NCBI GenBank assembly: GCA_041574955.1
Contig: JBFGNS010000006.1
Span: 1-55,255, forward strand
Length of the DNA: 55,255 nucleotides
From: Thermoanaerobaculia bacterium
Lineage (GTDB): Bacteria > Acidobacteriota > Thermoanaerobaculia > Multivoradales > JAHEKO01
Direction: 5' to 3'
How positions within the stretch are numbered: position 1 is the stretch's first letter; each line of letters begins with the position of its first letter. The notes below the pieces were generated by a model, which was not told the DNA's origin, searched no databases, and saw nothing but the letters and a program-made list of their open reading frames with translations. The position numbers were made by a program, and so were the translations under genes. Shown here piece after piece: positions 1 to 9,648 of the stretch.

Positions 1-303
1 TGGATGGCCGAGTACGGCGACCCCGACGACGCGGAGCAGTGGGCCTATATCCAGAAGTGGTCGCCGTACCAGAACCTGAAGGCCGGCGCCGACTACCCCG
101 AGGTGTTCTTCTACACCTCGACCCGCGACGACCGCGTCCACCCGGGCCACGCCCGCAAGATGGTGGCGCGGATGATCGAGCAGGGGCACCCGGTGATGTA
201 CTTCGAGAACACCGAGGGCGGCCACGGCGCCGGCGCCACCAACGCCCAGCGCGCCCGCATGTGGGCGCTCACCTACGCCTACCTGTGGGACGCGCTGCGC
301 TAG
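1..303 (+). CDS. Prolyl oligopeptidase (S9A), C-terminal part; 5'-truncated by window edge
   Basis: EYGDPD, DDRVHPGHARKM (catalytic Asp) and EGGHG (catalytic His) motifs typical of POP C-terminus. Confidence 0.9.
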   Translation, partial: WMAEYGDPDDAEQWAYIQKWSPYQNLKAGADYPEVFFYTSTRDDRVHPGHARKMVARMIEQGHPVMYFENTEGGHGAGATNAQRARMWALTYAYLWDALR

Positions 304-1022
304 CCGGACGGCCCCGGCGGCGGCCGGTTGCGCTCGACCACCAGGCGCTCGACCGACGGGTCGGGCCAGTCGATGACCATGCCGCGGCCCACCCCGCGGG
401 CGACCGTCTCGCCGTAGAGCAGCTCCACCAGGTACATCGCCACCTCGAAGCTGCGCGCCCCGCCCTGCGAGGTCAGCGCCTTGCCGTCGTGCACGAAGCT
501 CACACCGTCGCGCACGTCGAGCTCGGGGAAGCGCTCGCGGTAGCGCTCGAGGTCGCCCGGGAAGGTGGTGCTGGCGAGTCCGTCGAGCAGCCCGGCCGCG
601 GCCAGCACGAACGAGCCGTCGCACAGCGACACCAGATATTCGGCTCGGCCGCCGACTCGCCGCACCCACTCCATCATTGCCCGGTTCTCGAGGTCGCTGT
701 CCATCGAGTGCTCGGCGCTGGGAACCACCAGGACGTCGATCGGCGGCGCGTCGGCGAAGCCGTGGTGGGCGGCGATCTCGAGCCCCTCGAAGGTGGTGAC
801 CGGGCGGCCGTCGGGCGACACGGTGAACACCTCCATGCCGGGCTCGGTGTGGAAGACGGTGTGGTGGAAGATGTCGTAGGGAGCGGTGAGCTCGGTGTTG
901 TAGACGCCGTCGACGATCAGGAAGCCGACGCGCAGCGCCCGCGGCGCCTCGGCGCCACGCGCGTCCGCGCCGGCCAGCAGCAGGATCGCCACGAAAGGCA
1001 GGCTGACCACGGGACGACGCAT
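300..1022 (-). CDS. DJ-1/PfpI family protein with signal peptide
   Basis: Start re-assigned to ATG 1022 (MRRPVVSLPFVAILLL). TELTAPYDIF, SLCDGSFVLAAAGLLDG nucleophile-elbow Cys, TSQGG. Confidence 0.85.
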   Translation of the reverse strand: MRRPVVSLPFVAILLLAGADARGAEAPRALRVGFLIVDGVYNTELTAPYDIFHHTVFHTEPGMEVFTVSPDGRPVTTFEGLEIAAHHGFADAPPIDVLVVPSAEHSMDSDLENRAMMEWVRRVGGRAEYLVSLCDGSFVLAAAGLLDGLASTTFPGDLERYRERFPELDVRDGVSFVHDGKALTSQGGARSFEVAMYLVELLYGETVARGVGRGMVIDWPDPSVERLVVERNRPPPGPSG

Positions 1023-1066
1023 CGCCGGGATCGTACCCCGGCCGGCGGGCCCGCGAACGGAGGATC

Positions 1067-2371
1067 GTGCGCCTTCCGGCCGTGACGCTGGCGGCCGCCG
1101 TGCTGGCGGCGGCGCTGGCCGGCTCCTGGACCGGCGCGGCGGCGGTCGGGACACCGACGACCGATGCCGGCCGGAGCTCCGGCGCGGCCGGCGGCGCACC
1201 GCGGGGGGGCGACGCGCCCCTGCCCGGCGTCGAGCTGGCCAACACCCTGGCCCTGGCCACCGGTATCGCCATCTCGCCGCTGCTGGGGGTCAGCGCGGTC
1301 GGCGCGTGGCAGGTCTGGCGCACGCCGCCCGAGCTGCGGCCGTCGCTGCCGTGGTACGCCTCGGCGTGGTTCTGGATTCCCGGCCTGGCCGTGGGTCTGC
1401 TGCTGGCGCTCAAGGACCCGGTGCTGGGGATCGCGCCGGGGGCCAAGAAGCCGCTCGACGCTCTCGACGTGCTGGAGAACAAGGTGAGCGCGCTGCTGGC
1501 GGCGCCGGCGGTCGTCCCGATGTTCCTGTCAGCGGTGGCGGGCGTGCGCCGGGTCGGCGAGCTGGCGGCCGGCTCGAGCCCGGCGGTGGCGCTGGCCGGC
1601 GTGGCCGCGCTGCCCGGTTGGGTCGAAGAGCTGCCGCGGGCGTTGCTGGTGGGCCTCGGGCTGGCGCTCTTCCTGGCGGCGTTCTTCTGCGTCTGGCTGG
1701 CGTTCCACGCCATCAACGTGCTGATCCTGCTGAGCCCGTTCGGGCCGCTCGACACGCTGCTCCGGCTGGTCAAGCTGGCGGTGCTGGCGGTGCTCGGCGC
1801 GGCCACCCTGATCCACCCATACCTCGGCCTGCTGGTGGCGCTCGGCATCGTCGCGGTGTCGGTCCTGCTGGCCGGCTGGTCGTTCCGGCTGATGGTCTTC
1901 GGCGGGGTGCTGGCCGGCGATCTGGTGACCTGGCGCCACCGGCGGGTGAAGACCGACCCGTCGCGGCTGCGGGCTTTCGTGGTCGACGAGCTTGGCAGCG
2001 CCCCGGCACGCACCTACGGCCGGGTGTGGGTGGGCGACACCGGCTTGCGCTTCACCTACCGGCCGTGGCTGGTGCTGCGGCGGCGCACCCTCGAGCTGCC
2101 GGCCGGCGACTACCGCCTGGGGAGCGGGCTGGTCTGCCCGAGCGTCCGGCTGCTCGACGACGACGGCGACTCGATCGCGGTGCTCAGGCTGCCGCCGCGC
2201 TACCGCTACCACGAGCAGGAGCTGGTGGCGGCGCTCGGCCTCGGCGGCCTCGAGGAGCTACCGTTGCGCCGCGGTCTGCGGGCGGCGATCCGCTGGCTGC
2301 GCGAGATGGGGCGGCGCGGCGGCCGCGCGGCGGCGCGGCTGGCGGGCCGGGTGGGCGAAGAGCTGGGCTAG
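1067..2371 (+). CDS. Integral membrane protein, DUF4126-like N-terminal region plus soluble C-terminal domain
   Basis: GGAGG RBS before GTG; several hydrophobic helices; KPLDALDVLENK, LILLSPFGPLD. Confidence 0.65.
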   Translation: MRLPAVTLAAAVLAAALAGSWTGAAAVGTPTTDAGRSSGAAGGAPRGGDAPLPGVELANTLALATGIAISPLLGVSAVGAWQVWRTPPELRPSLPWYASAWFWIPGLAVGLLLALKDPVLGIAPGAKKPLDALDVLENKVSALLAAPAVVPMFLSAVAGVRRVGELAAGSSPAVALAGVAALPGWVEELPRALLVGLGLALFLAAFFCVWLAFHAINVLILLSPFGPLDTLLRLVKLAVLAVLGAATLIHPYLGLLVALGIVAVSVLLAGWSFRLMVFGGVLAGDLVTWRHRRVKTDPSRLRAFVVDELGSAPARTYGRVWVGDTGLRFTYRPWLVLRRRTLELPAGDYRLGSGLVCPSVRLLDDDGDSIAVLRLPPRYRYHEQELVAALGLGGLEELPLRRGLRAAIRWLREMGRRGGRAAARLAGRVGEELG

Positions 2372-2393
2372 CCTGGGTCTCCGGGAGCGCGCC

Positions 2394-2876
2394 TCAGGCG
2401 AGCCGCTCGAGCCGCTCGTCCTGCGGCCCCTCGACGCTCTGCACCCCGATGCCGTGCTCTTCGAGGTAGCCGACGCCGTTCTCGCCGGCGTAGCCGCCGC
2501 CCACCACGATCACCTTGGTGATGCCGGCGTGGTGGATGAGCTTGGCGCACAGCATGCACGGCTCGCCGGTGACCAGGATCCACGCCCCCTGGGTGGCCAC
2601 GCCGGCGGCGGCGCAGTTGCAGATCACGTTCATCTCGGCGTGGTGGCAGCCGATCTCCATGCGGTGGCCGGAGGGGATCTCGAGCGTGTCGCGCACACAG
2701 ACCTCGCCGCCGCACAGCTCGCCGCCGCCGCGCGGCCCGCCGTTGTAGCCGTCCATCAGCACCACGTTGCGCTCGGGGTCGAGCAGCAGCGCGCCGAACT
2801 TGCGCCGCGGGCAGTTGGAGGCCTTGGCCAGCGCCAGGCACTGCTCGATGCGGATGCGGATGTGCTTCTCTTTCAT
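2394..2876 (-). CDS. Deoxycytidylate (dCMP) deaminase, ComEB-like
   Basis: Start ATG 2876. SNCPRRKFGA, GYNG, HAEMN and PCMLC zinc motifs. Confidence 0.9.
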   Translation of the reverse strand: MKEKHIRIRIEQCLALAKASNCPRRKFGALLLDPERNVVLMDGYNGGPRGGGELCGGEVCVRDTLEIPSGHRMEIGCHHAEMNVICNCAAAGVATQGAWILVTGEPCMLCAKLIHHAGITKVIVVGGGYAGENGVGYLEEHGIGVQSVEGPQDERLERLA

Positions 2877-2896
2877 GGCCCGCCCGTTGGCACCGC

Positions 2897-3301
2897 TCAG
2901 CCCGCCGATCGCTCGGCGGCGGCCACGATGGCGATGCCGCCGCGCACGTTCTGGTGCACCTCGACCCTGACGCTGGCGGGTGACACCGCGTAGACCACGT
3001 CGTCGGCGATGCGCGCCGCCAGCGCCTCGCAGAACGCCCCCTGGTCGCGGTACGACCACAGGTAGACCTTGAGCGCCTTGGACTCGAGGCAGCGTTCGCG
3101 CGGCGTGTACTCGATGACCACCGAGCCGAAGTCGGGCTGGCCGGTGCGCGGGCAGATCGAGGTGAACTCGGTGGCGGTGAGCGTCACCCGCTGGACGTCG
3201 GGTGCCGGGAACGCCTCCGCCTTGAGAACCTCGCGCGCCTCCTCTGGGTCCCGGGGCCGGGGCAGCGGGCCGCGATCGGGCAGGGGCTCTGGGTCGGACA
3301 T
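2897..3301 (-). CDS. queF: NADPH-dependent 7-cyano-7-deazaguanine (preQ0) reductase, unimodular QueF
   Basis: Start ATG 3301. EFTSICPRTGQPDF (catalytic Cys/Asp), QueF motif ESKALKVY, RGGI. Confidence 0.9.
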   Translation of the reverse strand: MSDPEPLPDRGPLPRPRDPEEAREVLKAEAFPAPDVQRVTLTATEFTSICPRTGQPDFGSVVIEYTPRERCLESKALKVYLWSYRDQGAFCEALAARIADDVVYAVSPASVRVEVHQNVRGGIAIVAAAERSAG

Positions 3302-3432
3302 GGGCTGGGCTCCGGGGTCGGGGGGCGTCGGGCCGGCGGCCGGGCAGGAGCGCGGGCCGCGCCGCCGATGCCGGGCGGCCATTCTCGCATGGCGCGCCGC
3401 GTCGCCGAGCCGACTCTGACAAGATCCGGCGG

Positions 3433-4383
3433 ATGCGGGCCTGGGCGGTGGTGGCGTTGAGCGGGCTGGCGGTGGCGGCGTGCGCGGGCACCGGGCCGGC
3501 GCCGGCCGCTCCCGACGGGGTGACCTCCCTCCGGCCGGCCGAGCCGCGGCTGGAGCGGCTGTCCTATCCCGGCACCGCCTGCGGCGACCGCGACGCCCTG
3601 GTCTACCTGCCGGCGGGCTGGCGGGCCGACGGCGAGCGGCGCTGGCCGCTGCTGGTCTTCCTGCACGGCGACGGCGAGCGCGGCGACGGCCGGCAGGACC
3701 TCGACTGGGTGCTGGTCCACGGCCCGCTCTACGAAGCCTGGGTCCAGCGGCGCGAGCTGCCGTTCGTGATCGTGGCGCCGCAGCTGCCGCTGTTCGGCCG
3801 CGACCTGACGGTGGACTACATCCGCGACCGCGATCCGGCCTCCATCCCGCGACGGCTCGCCGCCGGCGTGCCGCCGCGGCCGGCGGCCTTCCCGACGCCC
3901 GAGCCGATGACCGGCGCGGTCGCCGCCGAAACTGTCCCGCTGCCGCCCGAGGGTCCCCCCGACGGCTGGCCACGCTGCGAGGCGGACCTGCTGACCCTCG
4001 TCGAGCTGGCCGGCGAGCGCTACCGAGCCGACCCGCGGCGGGTCTATTTGACCGGCCTCAGCTACGGCGGCTTTGGCAGCTGGCACCTGGCGGCGCGCCA
4101 CCCCGACCGGTTCGCGGCGATCGCTCCGGTGGCGGGTTGGGGCCACCCCGAGCTCGCGGTGCCGATCGCCGATCGCCGGCTGCCGGTCTGGGCGTTCGCC
4201 GGCGGCCGCGACCCGGCGGTGCCGGTCCGCTTCTTCTACCCCGGTCTCAACGAGCTCGAGCGGCGCGGACACCCCGACGTGCGGTTCACCACTCACGAGG
4301 ACAGCGGTCACGACGTCTGGAAGCGCGTCTACGCGGGCGAGGACCTCTACGCCTGGCTGCTGCAGCACCGGCTGCCCGACTGA
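3433..4383 (+). CDS. Alpha/beta hydrolase lipoprotein (predicted peptidase/esterase)
   Basis: Lipobox VAAC; PLLVFLHGDGE; GLSYGG nucleophile; DPAV; GHDVW. Confidence 0.85.
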   Translation: MRAWAVVALSGLAVAACAGTGPAPAAPDGVTSLRPAEPRLERLSYPGTACGDRDALVYLPAGWRADGERRWPLLVFLHGDGERGDGRQDLDWVLVHGPLYEAWVQRRELPFVIVAPQLPLFGRDLTVDYIRDRDPASIPRRLAAGVPPRPAAFPTPEPMTGAVAAETVPLPPEGPPDGWPRCEADLLTLVELAGERYRADPRRVYLTGLSYGGFGSWHLAARHPDRFAAIAPVAGWGHPELAVPIADRRLPVWAFAGGRDPAVPVRFFYPGLNELERRGHPDVRFTTHEDSGHDVWKRVYAGEDLYAWLLQHRLPD

Positions 4384-4401
4384 GGGCGGCTCGCCGGCGT
4401 C

Positions 4402-5784
4402 TTGCACCCGTCCCCGGTCTCCGGCGCCTCGCGTGAGCTGGCGCGCACCCTGCGGCTCGCCGGTCCGTTGGTGGGCGGCCAGCTCGCCGGCGTCGGGCTG
4501 AACTTCATCGACACGGTGATGGCCGGCAAGCTGAGCGCCGAGGCGCTTGCCGCCATCGCGCTCGGCGGCAGCATCTGGGCGTCGGTGATGCTGTTCACCT
4601 CCGGCGTCCTGATGGCGCTGCCGGCGATGGTGTCGCAGCTCGACGGCGCCGGGCGGCGGGCGGAGGCGGCGCCGCTGGCACGCCAGGCGCTGTGGATCGG
4701 CCAGGGGCTGGTGGCGGTGGCGGTGGTGGTCACCGCCGCGGCACCGTCGGTCCTCCGCTGGCTCGAGATCGAGGCGAGCCTCGCCGCGACGGTGGTGGGG
4801 TACATGAAGGCGCTGTGCTGGGGCATGCCGGGGTACGCGGCCTACCACTGCCTGCGCTTCCTGAGCGAGGGGCTGGGGGCGACCCGGCCGACGCTCTACT
4901 TCGGGGTAGTCGCGCTGCCGCTCAACGTGGTGGCCAACCTGGGCCTGATGTACGGCCGGTTCGGGCTGCCGGCACTCGGCGCGGTGGGCTGCGGTTGGGC
5001 CACTTCCGTGGTGTGGTCGCTACAGGCGGTGGGGCTGGCGGTCTGGGTCTGGCGCCACCCGGCCTACCGCGACCTGCGGCTGTTCTCGCGGCTCGACCCG
5101 CCACGGGCGCGACCGATCGCCGAGTTCCTCCGGTTGGGGCTGCCGATCGGCGCCACCTGGCTGGCCGAGGTCAGCCTGTTCACGGTGGCGGCGCTGCTCA
5201 TCGGGTCGCTCGGCATGCTGGAGGTGGCGGGCCACCAGGTGGCGATCAACTTCACCGCGCTGACCTACATGGTGCCGCTCGGGATCTCGATGGCGATCAC
5301 CGTGCGCGTCGGCAACGCGGTCGGGCGGCGGGACGCGGCGGGAGCGCTGCGGGCGGCGCGCACCGGGATGAGCCTGGCGGTGGCGGTGCAGGCGGTCTGG
5401 GCGACCATCATGCTGCTGGCGCCGCGCGCCGTCGCCGGCGTCTACACCGACGACGCGCGGGTCGTCGCGCGGGCCGCCGAGCTGCTGGTCTTGGCGGCGA
5501 TCTTCCAGTTTCCCGACGGCCTGCAGGTGTCGGCGGTCGGCGCGCTGCGCGGCTACAAGGACACCCGGGTGCCGCTCGCCATCACCCTGGTCGCCTACTG
5601 GCTGATCGGTCTGCCGCTGGGGCACGCCCTGGGTTTCCGGATCGGCCTGGGCGCGCGCGGCGTCTGGATCGGGCTGATCGCCGGCCTCGTCGCTGCCGCC
5701 GCCATGCTGCTGGCGCGCTACCGCCGGGTGTCGCGGCGGCCGCTGCCCGAGCTGCCGGCGCCGGCCGCCGGGCCGTCCGGCTGA
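4402..5784 (+). CDS. MATE family efflux transporter, NorM-like
   Basis: About 12 TM helices; FIDTVMAGK, LGLPIG, GHQVAINF, FQFPDG...GALRGYKDT. Confidence 0.92.
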   Translation: MHPSPVSGASRELARTLRLAGPLVGGQLAGVGLNFIDTVMAGKLSAEALAAIALGGSIWASVMLFTSGVLMALPAMVSQLDGAGRRAEAAPLARQALWIGQGLVAVAVVVTAAAPSVLRWLEIEASLAATVVGYMKALCWGMPGYAAYHCLRFLSEGLGATRPTLYFGVVALPLNVVANLGLMYGRFGLPALGAVGCGWATSVVWSLQAVGLAVWVWRHPAYRDLRLFSRLDPPRARPIAEFLRLGLPIGATWLAEVSLFTVAALLIGSLGMLEVAGHQVAINFTALTYMVPLGISMAITVRVGNAVGRRDAAGALRAARTGMSLAVAVQAVWATIMLLAPRAVAGVYTDDARVVARAAELLVLAAIFQFPDGLQVSAVGALRGYKDTRVPLAITLVAYWLIGLPLGHALGFRIGLGARGVWIGLIAGLVAAAAMLLARYRRVSRRPLPELPAPAAGPSG

Positions 5785-5810
5785 GCGCCGGCGCGCCCGC
5801 CCGGGAGCGG

Positions 5811-7106
5811 CTACAGCCCCAGGATGCCGGTCTGGCCGTGGTAGAAGGCGCCGGCCACCGCGCCGGTCAGCAGCGTAGCCAGGGTGGCGGCCGCCAGCGC
5901 CCTCGCCGCCAGCCCGGCCAGCTCCTCCATCCGCTCGGGCGCCAGCGCGCCGAAGCCGCCGACCGCGATCCCCATGCCGCCGACGTGGGCGAAGCCGCAC
6001 AGGGCGTACGACAGCACCAGCAGGGTGCGCGGCGCCAGCCCGCCCTCGCCGGCCAGCCGCCCGAGCTCCTGGTAGCTCACCACCTCGGTCAACACCAGCC
6101 GCTGGCCGAGCAGCCGCGCGGCGGTCGGCAGGTCGGCTCCCTCGAGGCCGAGCAGCCAGGCGAGCGGGTGGAACAGCCAGCCGAGCACCGCCGCCAGGGT
6201 CAGCGGCCGGCCGCCCACCGCCTCGGCGAGGCGCGCCAGCCCGAGGTCCGCCAGGCCGACCACGCCGAGCACCGCGATCAGGATGACGGTGATGCCGGCC
6301 GCCACCCTGAGACCGTCCCAGGCGCCGGCCGCGAGCGCCCCCATGGCGCTGGCGTGGCGCTCCTTGCGCGCCAGCGGCGGCACCGCGCCGGCGGTCTCGG
6401 GCCGGTCCGTCTCGGGCAGCATCAGCTTGGCGACCAGCACCGAGCAGGGGATCGAGATCACCGACGCCGACACCAGGTGGCCGGCGATCTGCGGGAACGA
6501 GTCGCGCAGGAAGAGGACGTAGATGGCGAGAGTGGTGGAGGCCACCGTCGACAGGTTGGAGGCCAGCACGGTGAGCAGCTCGGAGCGGGTCATCCGCTTC
6601 AGGTAGGGTCGCACTGCGGCGGCGGTCTCGACGCCGAAGAAGATGTGGACCGAGCCTGCCAGCGCTTCGGCCCCCGACAGCCGTAGCAGCCGGTGGAAGA
6701 CGCGGCCGAACAGCCGCACCACCGGCTCGATCAGCCCCAGGTGATGGAACACCGCCATCAGGGCGGCGAAGAAGACCACCGCGGGTAGCACCTGGGCGGC
6801 CAGCACGAAGCCGATCGACGGCTCGCCGGCGGCCGTCGCCTGGCCCGGGCTGAGCGCCAGCGGGCCGAGCAGGAACTCGGCGCCCACCATGCTGCTCGAC
6901 AGCGCCGCCAGGATGACCTCGTTGACCACCACCAGCAGACGCCGGCTGGCCGGCAGCAGGAAGACCACCGCTCCCAGGCCGAAGGTCAGGCCGGTGCCCC
7001 CCAGCACCGTGCGCCAGGGCACCGGCCGCCGGCAGCCGCCGGTCGCCCAGGCGACGGCGCACAGCGCGGCCCAGCCGAGCAGCGAGATCAGGTTGAGGTG
7101 GCTCAT
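5811..7106 (-). CDS. Concentrative nucleoside transporter (CNT/NupC family)
   Basis: Start ATG 7106. QVLPAVVFFAAL, SGAE, SYALCGFAH motifs. Confidence 0.9.
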   Translation of the reverse strand: MSHLNLISLLGWAALCAVAWATGGCRRPVPWRTVLGGTGLTFGLGAVVFLLPASRRLLVVVNEVILAALSSSMVGAEFLLGPLALSPGQATAAGEPSIGFVLAAQVLPAVVFFAALMAVFHHLGLIEPVVRLFGRVFHRLLRLSGAEALAGSVHIFFGVETAAAVRPYLKRMTRSELLTVLASNLSTVASTTLAIYVLFLRDSFPQIAGHLVSASVISIPCSVLVAKLMLPETDRPETAGAVPPLARKERHASAMGALAAGAWDGLRVAAGITVILIAVLGVVGLADLGLARLAEAVGGRPLTLAAVLGWLFHPLAWLLGLEGADLPTAARLLGQRLVLTEVVSYQELGRLAGEGGLAPRTLLVLSYALCGFAHVGGMGIAVGGFGALAPERMEELAGLAARALAAATLATLLTGAVAGAFYHGQTGILGL

Positions 7107-7208
7107 CCGGGGGCGGCGTCTTTCCAGTGAGGGTGGCGGGGATTCTAGCCCCTCCGGAGAGACGCGACTGCCCGTGCGCTGCGCGCTGCGCGTGCCGTGG
7201 CTTGCGCC

Positions 7209-7291
7209 GAGATCCTCCGCTCCGCTCAAGATGACGGTTGGTTGGCGGCACTGCCATCCCACCGTCGTCCCGAGCGTCAGCGAGGGACCTC
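7209..7291. repeat. Imperfect ~83-nt intergenic inverted repeat (REP-like hairpin)
   Basis: gagatcctccgctccgctcaagatgacggt pairs with accgtcgtcccgagcgtcagcgagggacctc; inner tggcgg/ctgcca stem. Confidence 0.7.
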
Positions 7292-7524
7292 AGCGCTGGC
7301 GGCGAGGAAAGGCATACGGAGCCGATCACGAGAGTTGATGGCCCCGACGCCGGAGGGAGTGCCTTGCGCACCCCGCGCCGGAGCACGAGACGCTTGTGCG
7401 AACCGGTGATGCATGCCGGGTTCGATGTTGGGATCCCTTGCTGCGCTCGGGACAGGGCAGTGGCACCTTTCATATCGCCAGGCCCCCCGACCTGCCACCA
7501 TGGTTCCCGACGAGGTGGCCCGCC

Positions 7525-8415
7525 ATGCGCCTGCTCACACGATGCGATCTCGACGGCCTGGCCTGCTCCGTGCTCATCGGCCTGCACGAGGAGATCGACG
7601 AGATCTTGCTCACCCACCCGCAGGAGATCGCCGACGGCAAGGTGGCGGTGGGCGGCAACGACGTCCTGGCCAACCTGCCGTTCCGCTCCGGCTGCGGCCT
7701 GTGGTTCGATCACCACATGTACACCACGGTGGCGGCGCCGAGCGAGCCCTACATGGGAGTGTTCGGGCGCGCGCCGTCGGCCGCCCGGCTGGTGTTCGAG
7801 TACTACGGCGGGCGCCGGGCGATGGACGAGTTCACCGACCTGGTGAGCGAGACCGACCGGTTCGACTCCGCCAGCCTCGACCTCGACGACATCCTGGACC
7901 CGCAGGGCTACATCCGGCTGGGCTTCACGCTCGACGCCCGGAGCGGGCTGGGCGACGCCTCCGAGTACTTCCTGGCGCTGCACGAGCTGCTGACCCACCG
8001 CACTCCGATCGACCAGCTGCTCGAGCACCCGGCGGTGGAGGCCCGCTGCCGGCGGCTCGAGGAGGAGGACACCGCGCTCCACGCCGCGCTCGAGGCGAAC
8101 AGCCGGGTGGAGGGCAACGTGCTGGTGACCGACCTGAGGAGCCTCGAGCGGTTGCCCGCCGGCAACAGGTTCCTGGTCTTCGCCCTGTTCCCGCAGGTCA
8201 ACGTCGCGGTCCGCCTGCAGCGCGACGCCGGCGGCCGGGTCACCAGGCTGACCCTCGGCCACAGCGTCCTCAACCGGACCTGCCGCACCAACTTGGGCCA
8301 GCTGGCGGCGCTTTACGGCGGCGGCGGCCACCGCGGTGCGGCCTCGATCCCGCTCAACGGCGACGCCGACAGCCGGCTGGCGGAGATCGTCGGGGCGCTC
8401 AAGAGCGGCGGCTGA
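7525..8415 (+). CDS. DHH-superfamily phosphoesterase (exopolyphosphatase/nanoRNase-like)
   Basis: Start ATG 7525. RCDLDG, FDHH and C-terminal GGGGHRGA (DHHA1). Confidence 0.85.
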   Translation: MRLLTRCDLDGLACSVLIGLHEEIDEILLTHPQEIADGKVAVGGNDVLANLPFRSGCGLWFDHHMYTTVAAPSEPYMGVFGRAPSAARLVFEYYGGRRAMDEFTDLVSETDRFDSASLDLDDILDPQGYIRLGFTLDARSGLGDASEYFLALHELLTHRTPIDQLLEHPAVEARCRRLEEEDTALHAALEANSRVEGNVLVTDLRSLERLPAGNRFLVFALFPQVNVAVRLQRDAGGRVTRLTLGHSVLNRTCRTNLGQLAALYGGGGHRGAASIPLNGDADSRLAEIVGALKSGG

Positions 8416-8430
8416 GCCGCCGCCGGCCGG

Positions 8431-9522
8431 CTACCGCGCCAGCAGCGCGTCGAGCGCGGCGAAGTCCAGCCCGGACTTGATCGCCTCGTGCAGGGCGACG
8501 GAGTAGGCGTACTCCGGCTGGTAGCGCCAGAAGACGGTGATGAAGCGCGGCTGGTACGGATCGTTGCCGTCCGCCCAACGCACCGCGCGGCGGGCGACGA
8601 GGTGGCCGCTCTCGGCGTCGGCGAACGGCTGCGGGTTCGCCAGCTCGCTCTCGCTCCAGCTGGCTCCCCGGATGTGCGCCGGCTCGTCCAGGCGCGAGGC
8701 GAACCGCTGCCGCAGGCCGGGGATGCGCTCCAGCAGCTCGCGGTAGCTCTCCATGCCGCCCCACTGCTCGTTCTCCCGGACGTAGGCGGCCAGGCGCCGC
8801 TCGTTGAGGTCCAGAAACTCGCCGACGGTCACCGGCTCGTACGGCGGCCGCCGGTCGGGCGTCAGGAACACCACCACCGACACCTCGCGCCGGTTGTACG
8901 AGTAGGGCGTCGAGTCGTACTGGCCCTCCTGGATGAAGCTCGGGTAGGCGGCGAGCCCGGCCGGCAGCGAGGCGTCGATCCGGCGCCGGTCGCGGTCGGC
9001 CGGCGACGGCGTGCGCAGCACGCGGGCGGGGGCCAGCGCGTAGATCCCCTGATGGTCCTCGGAGGACAGGAAGTACTGCGGCGTCTCGAACTTCGAGCTG
9101 CCGGACCAGAACGAGTTGACCTGCAGGTAGAGCCAGCTGCCGGTCTCGGACTGCAGCGAGACGACGCCGGCCGGGTCGCGCGACCGGTCGCAGCTGTAGC
9201 CCTTGACGTTCGCCACCAGCTCGTAGGTCGCCAGGCCGTCGCCGGCGAACGGCTCGAGCCCGTAGTTGCGGTAGACCTTCCCCTGGCTGCCCACCGGCTC
9301 GGGGTAAGCCCGCCTGACGAGCTCGGCCAGCGTGTCGAGGATGGGCGTGATCTGGGCCCGGTGACGGGAGGTCACGGGGCTGCCCTTGCCGCCGGCGTCG
9401 TCACCCCGGATCCAGCCGCCGCCGCGGCTGGCGGCCTGTTCATCGCAGCTCTGGGCGGCGGCGGGAACGGGAGCGGTCAGCAGGGCGAGGGCGAGGGCGA
9501 GGCAGCGGATTTCGCGCTGCAT
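8431..9522 (-). CDS. Secreted hypothetical protein
   Basis: Start ATG 9522 after GGAGA; signal peptide ending AAA-Q; normal globular composition; no recognised motif. Confidence 0.7.
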   Translation of the reverse strand: MQREIRCLALALALLTAPVPAAAQSCDEQAASRGGGWIRGDDAGGKGSPVTSRHRAQITPILDTLAELVRRAYPEPVGSQGKVYRNYGLEPFAGDGLATYELVANVKGYSCDRSRDPAGVVSLQSETGSWLYLQVNSFWSGSSKFETPQYFLSSEDHQGIYALAPARVLRTPSPADRDRRRIDASLPAGLAAYPSFIQEGQYDSTPYSYNRREVSVVVFLTPDRRPPYEPVTVGEFLDLNERRLAAYVRENEQWGGMESYRELLERIPGLRQRFASRLDEPAHIRGASWSESELANPQPFADAESGHLVARRAVRWADGNDPYQPRFITVFWRYQPEYAYSVALHEAIKSGLDFAALDALLAR

Positions 9523-9648
9523 CGGGCTTCTCCGTCGATCTCGCGGTGGCGTGGAGCGCACCGCGGCGGCGAATTCTAGGGCCAGCCGGCGCCATGTCAA
9601 GAGGCGGCCTGGCGCGCACCGCGGCGCGCGCGGCAGGGAGATACGGTC

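Noticed and set aside
2394-3301. queF plus deaminase as a dpd-type DNA-modification or anti-phage island
   Set aside because: No dpdA/tgt-like, queC-like, nuclease or mobility genes; composition matches the flanks
7461-7476. TGGCAC as a possible sigma-54 promoter for the DHH gene
   Set aside because: No TTGC at the required -12 spacing
5020-8331. 1103-aa minus-strand ORF
   Set aside because: Arg/Ala/Gly-rich off-frame read across three real genes; typical high-GC artefact
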